Assembly (NCBI GenBank): GCA_964016885.1
Contig: OZ024741.1
Location: 127,782,001-127,846,000, forward strand
DNA from: Eledone cirrhosa
Lineage: Eukaryota
Direction: 5' to 3'
DNA: 64,000 nt
Shown: piece by piece, positions 1 through 14,871 of the stretch
Numbering within the stretch: the first letter of the stretch is position 1
Layout: every line of letters starts with the position of its first letter
Notes under the pieces: generated by a model
What the model was told of the DNA's origin: nothing
Databases searched by the model: none
The model's input: only the letters and a program-made list of their open reading frames with translations
Made by a program: the position numbers and the translations under genes

Positions 1-2400
1 CGCTAATCTTTGATATTATATTGGCATCTGCTGGGCAGCTAATTTCCACTACTGTGCATGCTTTCTTCTCCCTGTCTCATATCATAATATCTGGTCTGTT
101 ATGCCTGCATTTTATTGGGTTTTTACTGGAACATTCCACCAGTACTCTTTCATATTATGTACGTGGATGTCTTCCACATTGCTGTAGCTTTTAATGTGTT
201 AATTATCGGGGCTATCTTTTTCACGAACTGCATTGTACAGTGTTTTAGCCACTACATCATGTCTCATAGGTAGATAGTACCGTGATGACATCTTTGGACA
301 GCTGCTGATGACATGGGTGATATCCTCGATGTTAGTTCTGCAGAGTCTGCACTTGTTATCACATCTAGGTGTTTTGCCTGCATCCCTATCTCTTTTGTGA
401 ATCAGGTATTTCGTGTTAATCTCCTGTTCTTGGATTGCAAAAGCGTATCCTTCAAAGTGGGAGCCAATATAGCGGTTGTTGGTCCAAGATAGACTACTTT
501 CCTTATCTATATTACTCTCACTCTGAAGCTTCCTGGCAACATATCCATGCATGATTTTTTGCTGATAAGCATGCAGTTTTTCATCCATGGATTCACTGCG
601 ATACTGCTGAGCGACTTCCCTGGGTGTGAGTTTTTGATTATCACACAGGGAATATCTCTCGAGGAGTTCCTTCCCAACTCTCATGATCTTATCTGTTTCA
701 TGCAGATAGACTTGCTCGAGAAACGGGCTCCTACGCTTAGAGGTTCGTAGATATTATCGGAGGGATATGATGCGATATTCAAATGCTGTCTGGACTGATG
801 TTAAGCCTCTGCCTCCCTGCTTACGTTTCAAGTAAAGTCGGTCTATGTCACTGTTGATGTGGAAGTTTCCGGTGTTGTTTAGTATTTTTCGAGTTCCAAC
901 GTCAACTGCTCGGATTTCGTCTATCGTCCAATTGAGTATTCCAAACGTTGGTGTTAGGACAGACACAGCAAACACATTGTGAGCCACTGTTTTGTTTTGC
1001 GCAGAGAGTTCCGATGACTAAATCTTTCATAATCGGGTGTAGTATTCCCTGGTTACGCGTTCCTTATTACAGATACCAAAAGGAATCTATGTCTTTCTGG
1101 GATAGGGCCTTAGTGACACTTATTTTGTTCTTCATATCTCTATAGACTGATGTTTGGTTTCGTCTGAATCTTTTATTAAGCACTTTTCTCTCATCTACCT
1201 TCTTTTAGGTACCGCCGTTTTTTGCTAACAGCTCCCAATTCTTGTTTGAGGGTGATCAGCTTATATTAGAGAGTTCTGGTTCTACTGTTATCAAACATGG
1301 TCTCTATTTTATTTTTCACTCTTTGTTGGTGAGGAGTGAGGTTTTTTTGTGTTTGTTTGCATGTAAGGGGCATTGTCACATATCCTATGGTTTTTCGTAG
1401 GTCAGCAATCTTTTTTTCTATTTTAGTTATATATGATGGTATTTTTGGTGGTGTTCTGTTCTTGTTAATATCTCTGCTATTACCAAGATAATGCTTCACT
1501 GTCGTTGTTAAGGCATATAAACAGGCGTTGATTTGCCAGAATGTTGGGGTTTTTATCCGTCGTAACTATTCATCCCCTATTTCGTCAATAACGTAATATT
1601 TCATTATTTGTTTTTTTTATTAAACATTGTCGTTTTAATACGTTCAGCAAGAGAAATATTTATACACGAATTAATTTCTCTCTGGAAGATTTCGTTGAGG
1701 GAAATTTTTAATTGTTTATACTTTTGATTATCATTATCGATAGTATTTTCCACAACAGTCGATGTAGACTCGGATGGTACACGTGGTGTCAAATTTGTTC
1801 GATTATTATTATTATTGATAGTGTTTTCCCCAGCATTCGAGGTAGACTTAGATGGTACAGGAGGTGTCAAGTTTCTTACAGGCATAGTTGTTTCAAGGTA
1901 TTGTTCGACCTGGCTGCTAGGAAGTCTAGTACATGGCGACCTGTAGCACGTGTTGTTGATCCCATGTTTGTTGTGGGGGATTTACAATTAATACTATTTA
2001 TCTTATTTTTACGTTCAACAGACGTCGCTTGTTGGCGTAATTGTTTCGCTGTGAAATAATTTAGCTCTGGGTGCATTTCGTCCCAGTGTAGCTTCATTCT
2101 GTTCATATAGCCAATGGAGTGATTGTTTTTTGCCATTTTATAAACAATTAAATAAATCATTATTAAGTTCGCAACTCCAAGAGAAATGCGATTTATAATT
2201 TCGGTTTCTTCTGTAGCTACAACTGAATAAAGTTTGTTTACCTCTCTTGTTGTTTGTCTTCGATACTTCCTTAATTTTGTTGTTGATGTTGTGTTCAGCC
2301 ATGCTGTTTGTAGCAAATCCTTGTAAAATGAATTATGTATTTAGTCGGATATCTCTACGAATTCGAATAAAAGGTGTCTTCAGAAGATATAGTTAGAAGA
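1..2400 (-). mobile_element. R4/Dong-like non-LTR retrotransposon (RLE-type), internally deleted and frameshifted; 3' end runs out of the window
   Basis: ORF 199-684 has a CCHC knuckle CRLC..EDITHVISSC followed by RHDVV. ORF 754-987 has IDRLYLKRKQGGRGL. ORF 1876-2316 has WDEMHPELNYFTAKQLRQQA, resembling R4/Dong N-termini. Positions 1-1078 are near-identical to 45762-46845. The RT core is absent. Confidence 0.85.
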
Positions 2401-2513
2401 ATAACCAGTTATTTAACCTGGCTGTAGTTGTGGCGTTACTGTCGGAGATAGTATTCATCTTAAATTTAATAAATAGTCTCCCACGCCAAAATATGCGACT
2501 GATCGCGTTGACT

Positions 2514-2900
2514 GTATATGTATGCATGTATGTATGTATGTATGTATGTATGTATGTATGTATGTATGTATGTATGTATGTATGTATGTATGTATGCATG
2601 CATGCATGCATGTATGTATGTATGTATGTATGTATGTATGTATGTATGTATGTATGTATGTACGTACGTATGTATGTGTTTATGTATGTATGTATGTATG
2701 TAAGTATGTAAGTATGTATATATGTATGTACGTATGTATGTATGTAGTAAGTATGTATGTATGTATGTATGTATGTGTTTATGTATGTATGTATCTAAGC
2801 ATGTAAGTATGTATATATATATGTACGTATGTATGTATGTAGTAAGTATGTATGTACGTATGTATGTGTTAATGTATGTATGTAAGTATGTATGTATATT
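2514..2900. repeat. (TATG)n microsatellite, degenerating distally
   Basis: Read directly from the sequence. Confidence 0.97.
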
Positions 2901-2902
2901 TG

Positions 2903-3030
2903 TAGGCGCCGAATTGGAAGAGTTTGTAAGAATACTGCTTTATCTGCTTTCTGAGTTCAAATCCCGCCCAAGTCAACTTTGTCTTCCATCCTTTCGGTAA
3001 CAAATAGTTCCTGTCAAATACTTCTGTATC
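2903..3030 (+). mobile_element. Partial tRNA-derived SINE
   Basis: B-box-like ttctgagttcaaatcccgcc followed by aactttgtcttccatcctttcgg; same family as 24100-24480. Confidence 0.65.
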
Positions 3031-3037
3031 GTTTCTC

Positions 3038-3039
<2 letters not shown>

Positions 3040-3068
<29 letters not shown>

Positions 3069-3232
3069 CTTCTTCTTCTTCTTCTTCTTCTTCTTCTTCT
3101 TCTCCCCCCCCCCCTCCTCGGCTATGCTCAGAGCTGGAGAGGGTTTAAAGTGCTCAAGAAACACCGTATGCCACTACGGCATCCCTACGAAAACATCAGT
3201 TACGGATTTGTACATACTCGCGCGCGCACACA

Positions 3233-3269
<37 letters not shown>

Positions 3270-3333
3270 CAGACACACACACACACACACACACACACAA
3301 CAGACAGACACACACACACACACACACACAACA

Positions 3334-3370
<37 letters not shown>

Positions 3371-3376
3371 ACACAC

Positions 3377-3412
<36 letters not shown>

Positions 3413-3414
3413 CA

Positions 3415-3455
<41 letters not shown>

Positions 3456-3510
3456 ACACAACAGACACACACAACAGACACACACACACACACACATACA
3501 CACACACACA

Positions 3511-3551
<41 letters not shown>

Positions 3552-3583
3552 CAGACACGCAACACACACACACACACACACAC

Positions 3584-3636
<53 letters not shown>

Positions 3637-3659
3637 GGAGAGAACTATCTATCTATCTA

Positions 3660-3693
<34 letters not shown>

Positions 3694-3857
3694 GCCCCTG
3701 TGGCTAATAAAGAAATATATCTCTATATATATATGTGTGAGTAATGGCTTGCGTAGTTGTGTGTACGATTATGTGTCCGTGTGTGTATGAGTGTGTATAT
3801 ATGTGTGAATATGTGTGTATATATGTGAGCATGTGTATATTTGTGTGTATATTTGTG

Positions 3858-3890
<33 letters not shown>

Positions 3891-4619
3891 GTGTGTGTGT
3901 GGATATGTATGAATATGTGTGTATATATGTGAGCATGGGTATATAAGTGTGTGTATATTTGTGTGTGTGTGTGTGTGTATGTGTGTGTGTGTGTATATGT
4001 GTATATATATGTGTGTGTATGTATGTGTGGATATGTGTGTATATATGTGAGCATGTGTATATAAGTGTGTCCATATTTGTATGTGTGTATATGTGTGTGT
4101 GTGTCTGTATATGTGTATATATATGTGTGTGTATGTATGTGTGGATATGTGTGTATATATGTGAGCATGTATATATCAGTGTGTGTATATTTGTATGTGT
4201 GTGTATGTGTGCGTGTGTCTGTATATGTGTATATATATGTGTGGATATGTGTGTATATATGTGAGCATGTGTATATAAGTGTGTGTATATTTGTGTGTGT
4301 ATGTATGTGTATATATGTGTGTGTATATGTGTATATATATGTGTGTGTGTGTGTCTGTATATGTGTATATATATATGTGTGTGTATATGTATATATATAT
4401 ATATGTGTGTGTATGTATGTTTATATGTGTGTGTATGTGTGTGTGTATATGTGTGTGTGTATATATGTGTGTGTATATATGTGTGTGTATATGTGTGTAT
4501 ATATATATGTGTGTGTATGCGTATATATATATATATATGTGTGTATGTATGTGTGGATATGTGTGTATATATGTGAGCATGGGTATATAAGTGTGTCTAT
4601 ATTTGTATGTGCGTGTGTA

Positions 4620-4650
<31 letters not shown>

Positions 4651-4679
4651 TTGTGTGTGTGTGTGTGTATGTGTGTGTA

Positions 4680-4718
<39 letters not shown>

Positions 4719-4735
4719 GTGTGTATGTATGTTTA
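3040..4735. repeat. Compound microsatellite block: (CTT)n, (CA)n, then degenerate (TG/TA)n with recurring gtggatatgtgtgtatatatgtgagcatg units
   Basis: Read directly from the sequence. Confidence 0.95.
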
Positions 4736-5130
4736 TAAGTGCAGAAAAGTTGACTTCAGAAAAGATAACAACCACCATACATCCACCCGCCAAACGCCAA
4801 ATTCTCCTTTTAAGAAATCCATGTAACCCCTTAATACCCCCATAACCCCCCTCTCCCTTGTCTTCCTTTCACTGCCACCCTCACTACATATGATTAGTTT
4901 AACTATAATGTACATACGGAAATCTGACGAGGAAGGAACATCAAGGGGAGGTCACCATTTGACCCTTAATACTCTCGACACTTGGATAGAATCATTGTCA
5001 GCATGTTTGAATGTTTCTCGTCCTTCTGCATCTATCAAATCCAACTCCCGCATGCCCGGTCACTGATCATATATATACACACATGCACACATACGTACAC
5101 ACGCACATGCATACGTATACAAAGATATAA

Positions 5131-5212
<82 letters not shown>

Positions 5213-5243
5213 GTACGTATTTGAGCTGTGTTTGTTTCTATCA

Positions 5244-5304
<61 letters not shown>

Positions 5305-5305
<1 letters not shown>

Positions 5306-5455
5306 TTTCTGATTTAGGCACAAGGCCAACAAATTTGAGGGGAGGGGAAAGTCGATTAAATCGCACCAGTACATTACTGGTACTTTACTTTACCAACTCC
5401 GCAAGGATGAGAGGCAAAGCTAACTTCAGCGGGATTTGAACTCAAAACGTAAAGT
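5305..5455 (-). mobile_element. tRNA-derived SINE
   Basis: ttaggcacaaggcc...actggtacttt...ggatgagaggcaaagctaacttcagcgggatttgaactc, the reverse complement of the family with B-box GTTCAAATCC. Confidence 0.85.
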
Positions 5456-6132
5456 TCTTCACATGCACACACACACACGCGCACACGCCACACCACACCA
5501 CATCATAATACACACACCAGACCACTCCACGCCACACCACAGACCACACCGCACTCACACCAGATCCCCCCTCCACACACACACACGCACAAGACCACAC
5601 AACACCACACGCTCACAATATAACCACACGCTCACATTCACACACACCACACCGCATCGCACCATACACAGCATACCACACATTCACATACACACCAGAC
5701 CAGACCACACCACACCAAACCAAACCACACCACTCCACACCATATACAATATACCACACACATACACACACACACACTCACACTCACACTTACACTCACC
5801 ACACCATACACAACATACCACACACATTTATACACATACACACTTACACACACACACACACCCCACTATACAACACATACCGAACCCTTCCTTTTCCACC
5901 CTCTCTTCTCCAGTGAAACACCAACAAAATGGTTTATCCACAAGTGTATACAAACACATCGTGATTAAATAAACTGCTTTGCAAATGGCCGCTGTCACTG
6001 TTGATATAACTCTGACGTACGACGTACGACTGGTAGAAGGCGGCCTAGCACACAGTAGTTACGTCCCTTTAAACTAACAGTTACAAATACCGTAGACATT
6101 CAGGTGGGGAACTTGGTAGATTATGTGTGCAC

Positions 6133-6192
<60 letters not shown>

Positions 6193-6237
6193 TGTTGTTG
6201 TAGTTGTTATAGCAGTAATAGTGATGGTGGTGGTGGA

Positions 6238-6294
<57 letters not shown>

Positions 6295-6366
6295 TGTGGT
6301 AGTAGTTATAGTAGTAGTAGTTGTTGTAATAGTAGTAGTGATACTAGTTGTAATAGTAGTTGTTGT
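6133..6366. repeat. (TAG)n/(TTG)n microsatellite
   Basis: Read directly from the sequence. Confidence 0.95.
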
Positions 6367-6399
6367 TTAGCTCTGGTTTAACTCCGATAATGAAGCAGG

Positions 6400-6620
6400 C
6401 TTCTTCTTCTTCTTCTTCTTCTTCTTCTTCTTCTTCTTCTTCTTCTTCTTCTTCTTCTTCTTCTTCTTCTTCTTCTTCTTCTTCCTAGGAGGGTCATGGG
6501 GGTAGAGCCTCAAACACTGCTTCGAGCAAGTTCTGTCAGAAGCCGCCATCTTCAATTGATCCGGCTGGATGCCCAAGAGAGACAAGCCCAGCTCATGGAT
6601 GTAATGTATTCCCCTCATCC
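6400..6620 (-). mobile_element. 3' end of an RTE-like LINE with (GAA)n tail
   Basis: Minus-strand translation IHELGLSLLGIQPDQLKMAASDRTCSKQCL is homologous to 22885-23100 and is followed by (GAA)n. Confidence 0.6.
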
Positions 6621-6919
6621 ATTTTAAAGATAGTAGGACATGATTTGAAGAATATTATGTAACAATTTTTAGCAGGTCAAATAATCTTGTAAGAGTAAGA
6701 AAGAGATCGGCAACTTCTCTTTGTAATAGCCAATTGTGGTTAGTTTTGACCATGGTCCATATGTATTTGACATATAAAAATCTGAAGATATCCGAGGCCC
6801 CCAGAGAACACCTCAACGGCTCACCTGTGGATTACGGTCCATCTGAAAACACATCTGCCAGCGGTTTCGACATTTCACAGTTGTTCGATCAACTGAATTC
6901 TGTATCCATTTAATTATAA

Positions 6920-7365
6920 TTGTTTCTACTTTAGGCACAAGGCCAGCAATTACCCAGTACATTACTGGTACTTTATTTTATCGACCCCGTAAGGGATTTG
7001 AACTCAGACTGTAAAGGGATGTAACTATGCTAGAAAGCATGGCATCCAACCCTCTACCGATACTGCCAATTCTTATAATGTAAGCTACTGAGAATGTTAC
7101 AGACACATGTACCTCAACTCAAGCAGAATCGCTATGAATAATGAATGGTTTATGATTTAGACACAAGGCCAACGATTTTGAAGAGGGGAGAGTCGATTAA
7201 ATCAACCCTAGTGCGTTGCTGGTACTTTATTCTATCAACCCCGTAAGGATGAAAGGCAAAGCTAAACTCGGCGGGATTTGAATTCAGAATGTAAAGGGAC
7301 GTAACTATATGCTGCAAAGCATGTTGTCCGACGCTCTAACGATACTGCCAATTCACCGCTACTAC
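6920..7365 (-). mobile_element. Two adjacent tRNA-derived SINE copies (6920-7070 internally deleted; 7146-7365)
   Basis: Same consensus as the other copies, including ggatttgaactcaga and accgatactgccaa. Confidence 0.85.
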
Positions 7366-7549
7366 CAATCCATCACTCTGAATAATAGTTAGAGCCCAAT
7401 CGATGGCCATCATCACTAATTTCGTTTACTTAATTTCACGACGTGAGGTTATGGTTGAAGACTCGAACAAGCAATGTAATGGAATCAAATAAAGGAACTT
7501 GTTGAACCTATCGATAATTTTTGCCAATCGGCTTTGCCTACGTGCAGTC

Positions 7550-8220
7550 AAGCAACAAAAACAAACAAAACGAGATAGTCGAGTAACCAAGTTACGAAGC
7601 AACTAAACTGCGCAGTAGAGCAGCCATGCAGCAAAGCAACAAAAGAGCACAACCGAACAACCAAGCTGCCTAACATCACAGTTGAGTAAACATGTAACCC
7701 AATAATACAGTAAAGCATTCAAGCAACCAAGAAACTATATGGTATAGCCGAGAAAACCAAACAACTAAACAGCAAAGCCAAGCAACCAAGCTACCAAGCA
7801 TCCAAACGGCATAATAAAACAACCACGTGACCAAACAGCAGTGCCAAGAAACCAAGAAACCAATCAACCAAATAAAAACCGTTCAGCTGAGCAACCGCGC
7901 AACTAGACAGCACCTGCCGAGCAACCACGCAACTAGACAGCACCAGCTGTGCAACCAAGCAGGTAAATAACCAAACAGCAAAACCAGTCAGCCAAACAAC
8001 ATAGGGCTGAGCAATCGAGTAGCGAGAACTAAATAGCAATTAACCAAGTAACTAAACAATATAGACGAGCAACTAAGTAAACAAACACTCATCAACAACT
8101 CCGAGCAAACAACCAAGCAATCAAACAACGAAGCAACTATGCAGTTAAGCAACCATACAACCAATCAACCGACAATACAAACAGACAAACAGACATACAG
8201 ACAATCAGACAAGGAAGCCA
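7550..8220. repeat. Highly degenerate minisatellite built on CAACCAAG/CAAACAG-like words
   Basis: Recurrent aaccaag, gcaacc and aaacagc words; strong A/C strand bias. Confidence 0.55.
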
Positions 8221-8491
8221 TGTTAGGTTAAATGCCAATCCTTTATACATGACTCTCGTGAATACTAGAGTTATCAAAGAAATTATATTTATTGCTTCAG
8301 TTTGGATGAGTTTTATAACATTTTCGCTCTCTAGTGCCAGGAGAGAGGAAAACAACTTTGATCCCTTCTCTTTGTTATTCTATCACTGTCTTCTACTCTC
8401 TTCTCTTTCTCTTTCATTTTCTCTGACTCTCGCTTATACACATACAAATACATTCATTCTATTTATTATATTTCTCTCAACATGATATTAT

Positions 8492-8543
<52 letters not shown>

Positions 8544-8733
8544 TTGTGTGTGTATATATATAGATTTATATGTATATATATTGCATTACATACACACACA
8601 TACATACACTATGTGAGAGATTTCAGTATGCATTTACACAATACGAACTGAAATACACACCTACACACACACATAAAAGCGAACGTGCATGCGTCAATAT
8701 GTGTGTATGTATAACTCATACACTTCATAATTA

Positions 8734-8797
<64 letters not shown>

Positions 8798-9002
8798 ATA
8801 TATGTATGTATGTATGTATATGTATGTACGTATGTATATGTACGTACATTTGTATGCATGTATGCATATATACATACATACATATCTATCTATCTATCTA
8901 TCAACCTACACACACACATACACACACATATATATATATACATATATACATACATACATACATACATGCATACATACATACATACATACATACATACATA
9001 CA

Positions 9003-9113
<111 letters not shown>

Positions 9114-9831
9114 TTGAATGTCTGTGTTTGCGAGTGTGAATAAATGTTATGCGTGCGTATGTGTGTTATGTTCTGATATATATCTATGCTTCTGCACATG
9201 TATACATATGTATATGTGTAGGAATATTCGTATAAAATTCGTTGGCTCATATCGTATTCCATTTTATGACACCAACCTAGGATATCCAATGTGGTTAGGT
9301 GATACCATGGATGCAATATAGCTTACACGATATCATACTCTATCTTTCCTTTCATCTTCACCTTCCCCACCATCACCACCGCCGCCGCCGCCGCCACCAC
9401 CACCACCACCACCACCACCACGTCAACCACAATCATCGGTGTCTTCTTCTTCTTCTTCTTCTTCTTCTTCTTCTTCTTCTTCTTCTTCTTCTTCTTCTTC
9501 TTCTTCTTCTTCTTCTTCTTCTTCTTCTTCTTCTTCCCCCCCCCCACGCTACAAACTATATGTGTGTGTGAGAGTGTGTATGTATACCCACACTTACGCG
9601 CACACACACACACACACACACACATATAATTAAGAGACGAAGCTTATCGAATAGAATGGACATGGCTTCGGTCGTTTCCTCACTCACTCGTTAATCTAAT
9701 TAAGTCCGAATTATTAAAGCCCAAGTCCAACTGATTGTAATGTACACATACGTTAATCAGTGAGGAAGACGACTTCGAGTGGGTAGGAAAATTGAGATAC
9801 CTGGCCTGATGCATCAGTTCTTACGATTCCG

Positions 9832-9872
9832 TTCTGCACGTGGTGGTTCGAGTGGAACCACCACGTGCAGAA
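9832..9872. repeat. Perfect 18-bp-arm hairpin
   Basis: ttctgcacgtggtggttc-gagtg-gaaccaccacgtgcagaa. Confidence 0.95.
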
Positions 9873-10373
9873 ATTAGGTAATGTTAGTTTGCATTATGTA
9901 ATTTGGTGGGGAACCGCGTGGTTAGCGGGAGTTCACCTGTCTGTAATGGTAAGTTCCGTATGGCGTGCTAATATATCCCATTGCTTGACACAAGTGAATG
10001 TAGAAGTAGTTCTCAACTTCTAGTGACGCGTGACGTTACACCAAAGAGAAGATAAGCCAGGCCTGATTATTTATAGGAAACACACGTTGGCAATTGATTG
10101 GAATTGAAAAAAAAATGACCATGCCAGAAGCACTCTACCAGGGTGCTTTCATATAGAAAACAAAGACAAGGTAGCAAACAATAAATAAATCTAACCAGAA
10201 TAAACAGAGTAAGAAAGTTCAACTTACAATTTAAATACAGTTTAGTCCCCTTGGAGTTAAAATAATTAAGAGACGAAGCATATTAAATAGAGTGGTTACA
10301 ACTTCCGTTGTTTCCTCACTTACCCAATAATCTAATTTAGTCAATATTATTAAAATTCAAACACACACACACA

Positions 10374-10444
<71 letters not shown>

Positions 10445-10531
10445 CTTCTCGGGGTGTAACGTGAAGTTTCTGTACTCGATGTTTAGGTTCACGTCAGTGG
10501 CGAGGTGTAGAGCTAGACAGAGTGTAATATA

Positions 10532-10939
<408 letters not shown>

Positions 10940-11253
10940 GAGTAAGTCTTTTTCAAATATGAAAACATCAAGGTAGGTGAAGAAGTTTTGACAGCTCAAA
11001 AATACGAGATTTACTACAATAAACTGTACATAAGGCTACATGCAATTTTTTTTAAAATTTATTAGTATGAAAACAAATATTACATTGAAAATAAAAGCAA
11101 ATATTGCTAATTATATAATATTTTAATTAATTTATATATTTTATTAATTCTGAAGTTAGGGATGTCAACATGAATGGACTTGTTATTTTATCTAAAGACA
11201 TTTTTTCCAATTCCACCCCGGCCGTCCCTTCAATCTATCTTATTTCTCATTCT

Positions 11254-11292
11254 TTCTTCTGGTGAAGGACTAGCGTCCGAAACGTTAAGAAT
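11254..11292 (+). ncRNA. Minimal hammerhead-like motif of Penelope pLTR type (mutated core)
   Basis: ttctt-CTGGTGAA-ggac-tagc-gtcc-GAAA-cg-TTA-agaa; a related inverted copy lies at ~11528-11560. Confidence 0.55.
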
Positions 11293-11364
11293 TTCTTCCT
11301 GCTATTTCAAACGTTAACCTAATATATTCTTTCCATATACTGTACCGATTGTGTTGTTATTTAC

Positions 11365-11453
<89 letters not shown>

Positions 11454-11836
11454 AAGGTCAACACAGGAGAATAATACAATGCAATAATAGTATTAATATA
11501 ATAAGGTTAATATAATTAGAAACGAGTCTTCATATTTCGGATGCTAGTCCTTCATCTAACGATGGAAAGATAGAGAGAAAAGGATGTCTGCAAGAACGAA
11601 GAAGTAAAGGGAAGATAGACAAAAAAGAAAGAAAATCCCCCAAAATGTAGATAATATACAAAGCACGTGTGATTGTTAAAACGCACACATTTATATTGTA
11701 TAGAAAAAACATATAGTAGAGTGAAACATATAAATAGATAGATAGGTTGATAGATACATAGTTAGACTGATATGTAGATATATAGATAGATATACAGATA
11801 GATAGATAGATAGATAAATAAATAAATAAATAGATT

Positions 11837-11877
<41 letters not shown>

Positions 11878-13331
11878 ATTTCTTTATTAGCCACAAGGAC
11901 ACAAAAGAAGGGGACAAATACAAATGGGGAGTTTACATACAGGTATATGAAAATAAAACTATTAATAAAATAACAAATAATAATTGAAATCCCCAATAGG
12001 GGGTAGGCGTTACACAGGGGTTGTACACAGCCCGAAAAAAATGTACAACCCTCATCTCCAGCAGCACCAAGAGCGAGTACTCCCTTCCTCTCTTCCTCTT
12101 TTTCCTCAACCTACAGGCTTATATAGAGAGAAGGCCCAACCACTCGGGCCATCTTTGCCACATTCACCCACCTTTTATAAAATTTGCTGGGGTACAGCAC
12201 CTCTCTCTCTATCCTGATTCTTCTTCTTCCAAAATGATATTTGAAAAAACGAATCAGTTGTTCGCCGGAGAGAAAGGTGTCTGACCTCAGCCCTTTTAAC
12301 CTCGTCCACCATATAACCTCTTTCACCATGGACATAACACATAGGAATACCGCCTCTCCCTCGTTTTTGAAGGGGGGTGGCGGTTTGATCATGACAATGG
12401 ACTGGGTGGTCAACTGGATTGGTCCCACCCGCGACAATAGTCGTTCTACATAGCCCCACAGGTCGGTAACGCCCGGGCAGTGTACAAATGCGCACGCATC
12501 TCGGACAGATCTTTTTAGAAGAGTCCCTGCCCGGGCGCCCGTGTCTGTAGAGCTTGTCTCGAACTGGTAAAGCTCCTCGGTAGCACTACCAGGCCAGGGA
12601 CTTTTGGAAGTTGTCCATTGGTTCCGGGCGGAAAGTCCTACCGAACAGACTGGCCAGTTCGTCCTCCTCTACGCCTAGAGTTTCTCTGAGCGCGTCGTCG
12701 CACGTGCTGCGGACCAACCCTCTATAGAATGACAAAGTGGAATCTCCACTGATCTCCGGGTCCGTTTGCCAGAGGACTGTGAGCGCCTGGGCACATTCGA
12801 TGTGCGAGTCGCCCATTTTCCTCGGTCTTTGCTTGACCCAGGACTGCAGCGCGGTCACGAATGGGGGGGGGGGGGGGGGGGGGGGGCTACACCGGTTGTC
12901 CGGTGAGGAATACGTGGAGGTGCCGCAGCCTGAGCGCGTGTTTGCGCATCGTCAGCCACGGCATCCCCAGCCCTCCGTTTGAAGGGTTTTGGCAGCAGAT
13001 GGATCTTCTCACCAAAGGAGCCCGTTTCTTCCAAAGGAATTGGAGAGCGCGCGCTCCATTTTGGAGAGCGTTTTGGCTGGACAAGGCACAACGGTCAAGC
13101 GGTAGTAGATGACGGACGCTATAAAAGTGTTCGCCACCTCCGCCCGACCTTTCAAGGATAGTTTGCACTCGGCCCACATCTCGTTCCAGTTCTTCTCCAC
13201 TTGGAGGTCCGGACCAAACCAGACCCCGAGCAGCTTCACCGGTCCTTCCGTCCAGCGTCCGACGACGCCATCGGAAGGCATCGGTTTGCCTCTCCACGTT
13301 CCGAGTTGCAAACCGACGGATTTGTCCCGGT

Positions 13332-14198
13332 TCAGCTTCGCTCCTGTGAACCTTTCGTATTCCCCCAGTAAGGTGCCGACCTCCCGCCGCTTTTCGCAGT
13401 CCCGGTTCCAAAGGGATGCCCTGCAATAGCTCCAACTTCTGCAGTAGTGGGTCGAGAGTCAGGACGTACAGAAGGGAGGAGAGAGGGCATCCCTATCGGA
13501 TGGATCGCGTGATATGGAACGGCTCCGTTCACCTTGACCCTTGAGCAGATGTTGCTGCTGTGCATTGCAGCAATCCAGCCCCTGAACACGGGTCCGAAGC
13601 CTGCCGCCTCGAGCACCGCATCCAGGTAGCGATGGTCAACCCTATCGAAAGCCTTAGACTGATCCAAGTTGATCAGGGCCCCACCGAAGCCGGGTTTACA
13701 CCCTACCCTCTCTATGATGTATCGCATGAGGTGGAGGTTGTCGTGTATAGACCTGATTGGGACTGCGCATGTCTGCGCTTCTCCCACCAGGTTTTCGACG
13801 ACAAGCGCCAGCCTCTTTGCCAACACCTTGGCCAAAATCTGTAACTCTGTGTTTAGCAGAGTTATGGGCCGGAAGTTGCCTATGTCATCTCCCTTATTCT
13901 CGTCCTTCCTGACTAACGTGACTACGCCCTTGGTCACAGAACTGGGAATTGTCCTGTTCTGATGCCAGTTGCAGTAGACCGCTTCTAGGAGACCGGAGAA
14001 CAAGTCCGGCATTGCTACGTAAAATTCGCAGCGGAGACCGTAGAGACCTGAAGATTTGCGTTTGCCGCATTGGTTCAACGCGTCCCTTATCTCAGCGGCC
14101 GAAATCGGCCTTTTGCAGAACTTCGCCTCGCTGTCCGAGAGTCGCGACAGGCCGTCGAGGTATGGACTGAAATCCATAGCCCCTCTCGGGGCAACCAT
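13332..14198 (-). pseudogene. Reverse transcriptase N-terminal domains of Tx1 ORF2
   Basis: KSSGLYG (PGxDG-like), RPITLLN and DQSKAFDRVDH motifs. Confidence 0.9.
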
Positions 14199-14367
14199 GA
14201 ATAGGCAACCATGAACATTTATGGACAGCTTAACATGTCCCTATCACTAACTCTAACTAGAAACCTGTCTAGGTACGATCTAGATGTTCCACTTTGGTTG
14301 GTCCACGTCCACAGTGGCACAGTTGGAAAATCTAGTCGATATCTATCGGCTAGTTGAAATCGGCCGA

Positions 14368-14871
14368 TTAACTGTTTGAGGCTGTTACCCCCCCTCTATC
14401 GAGACATGCTCCCACATAGTCCCAACGTGCATCTAGGATTCCATTCCAGTCCCCCACTAACAGCAGGGAGCGGGACGTTCCCAGAAAAGTCTCTAGACGT
14501 TTGAAGAAGTCTGGCCGTAGTGTCCCGGATGGGGCATATGCGGTCACCAGCCTGAAGGCTCCACCTTCACTACCGTCAACGTCTAGGACCACCAGTCGAC
14601 CCTCCGGGTCCAGATGTACCGTCTGTGTTACGAGGTCCAGGTGTTTCCGCAGCAAAACGGCAACCCTGCCTCCACCTCCCGGCTGACAGAGAGATGCGTA
14701 GAGCTCAAAGTCGTCGAAGATGGGGGCCAGCTGTCGCTCGCTGTGGATCCTGAACTCGCAAATGGCTACTACATCCATACTGTGCGACCTGAGATCGTTT
14801 AAGAGTTTACCCTGTTTCGAGGGCATCTCCAGGCCGCGTACATTCACACATCCAACTCTTATATTGGTCAT
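14368..14871 (-). pseudogene. APE-type endonuclease domain of Tx1 ORF2
   Basis: NVRGL, CE, AYAP and GDWN motifs; frameshifted downstream. Confidence 0.88.

Noticed and set aside
4920-4995. Hammerhead at CTGACGA (4924)
   Set aside because: The GAAA box reads GACA and the stems are unconvincing; at most a decayed relic.
2393-5972. Many long ORFs (YVCM, HT, CV, YI repeats) here and throughout the window
   Set aside because: They are translations of stop-free microsatellites, open in several frames on both strands.
6780-6905. Possible host exon (LKISEAPREHLNGSPVDYGPSEN...)
   Set aside because: Short, with no recognisable domain and no supportable splice sites.
12887-13962. Alternative-frame and antisense ORFs over the Tx1 element
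   Set aside because: Shadow ORFs of GC-rich, frameshifted retrotransposon sequence.
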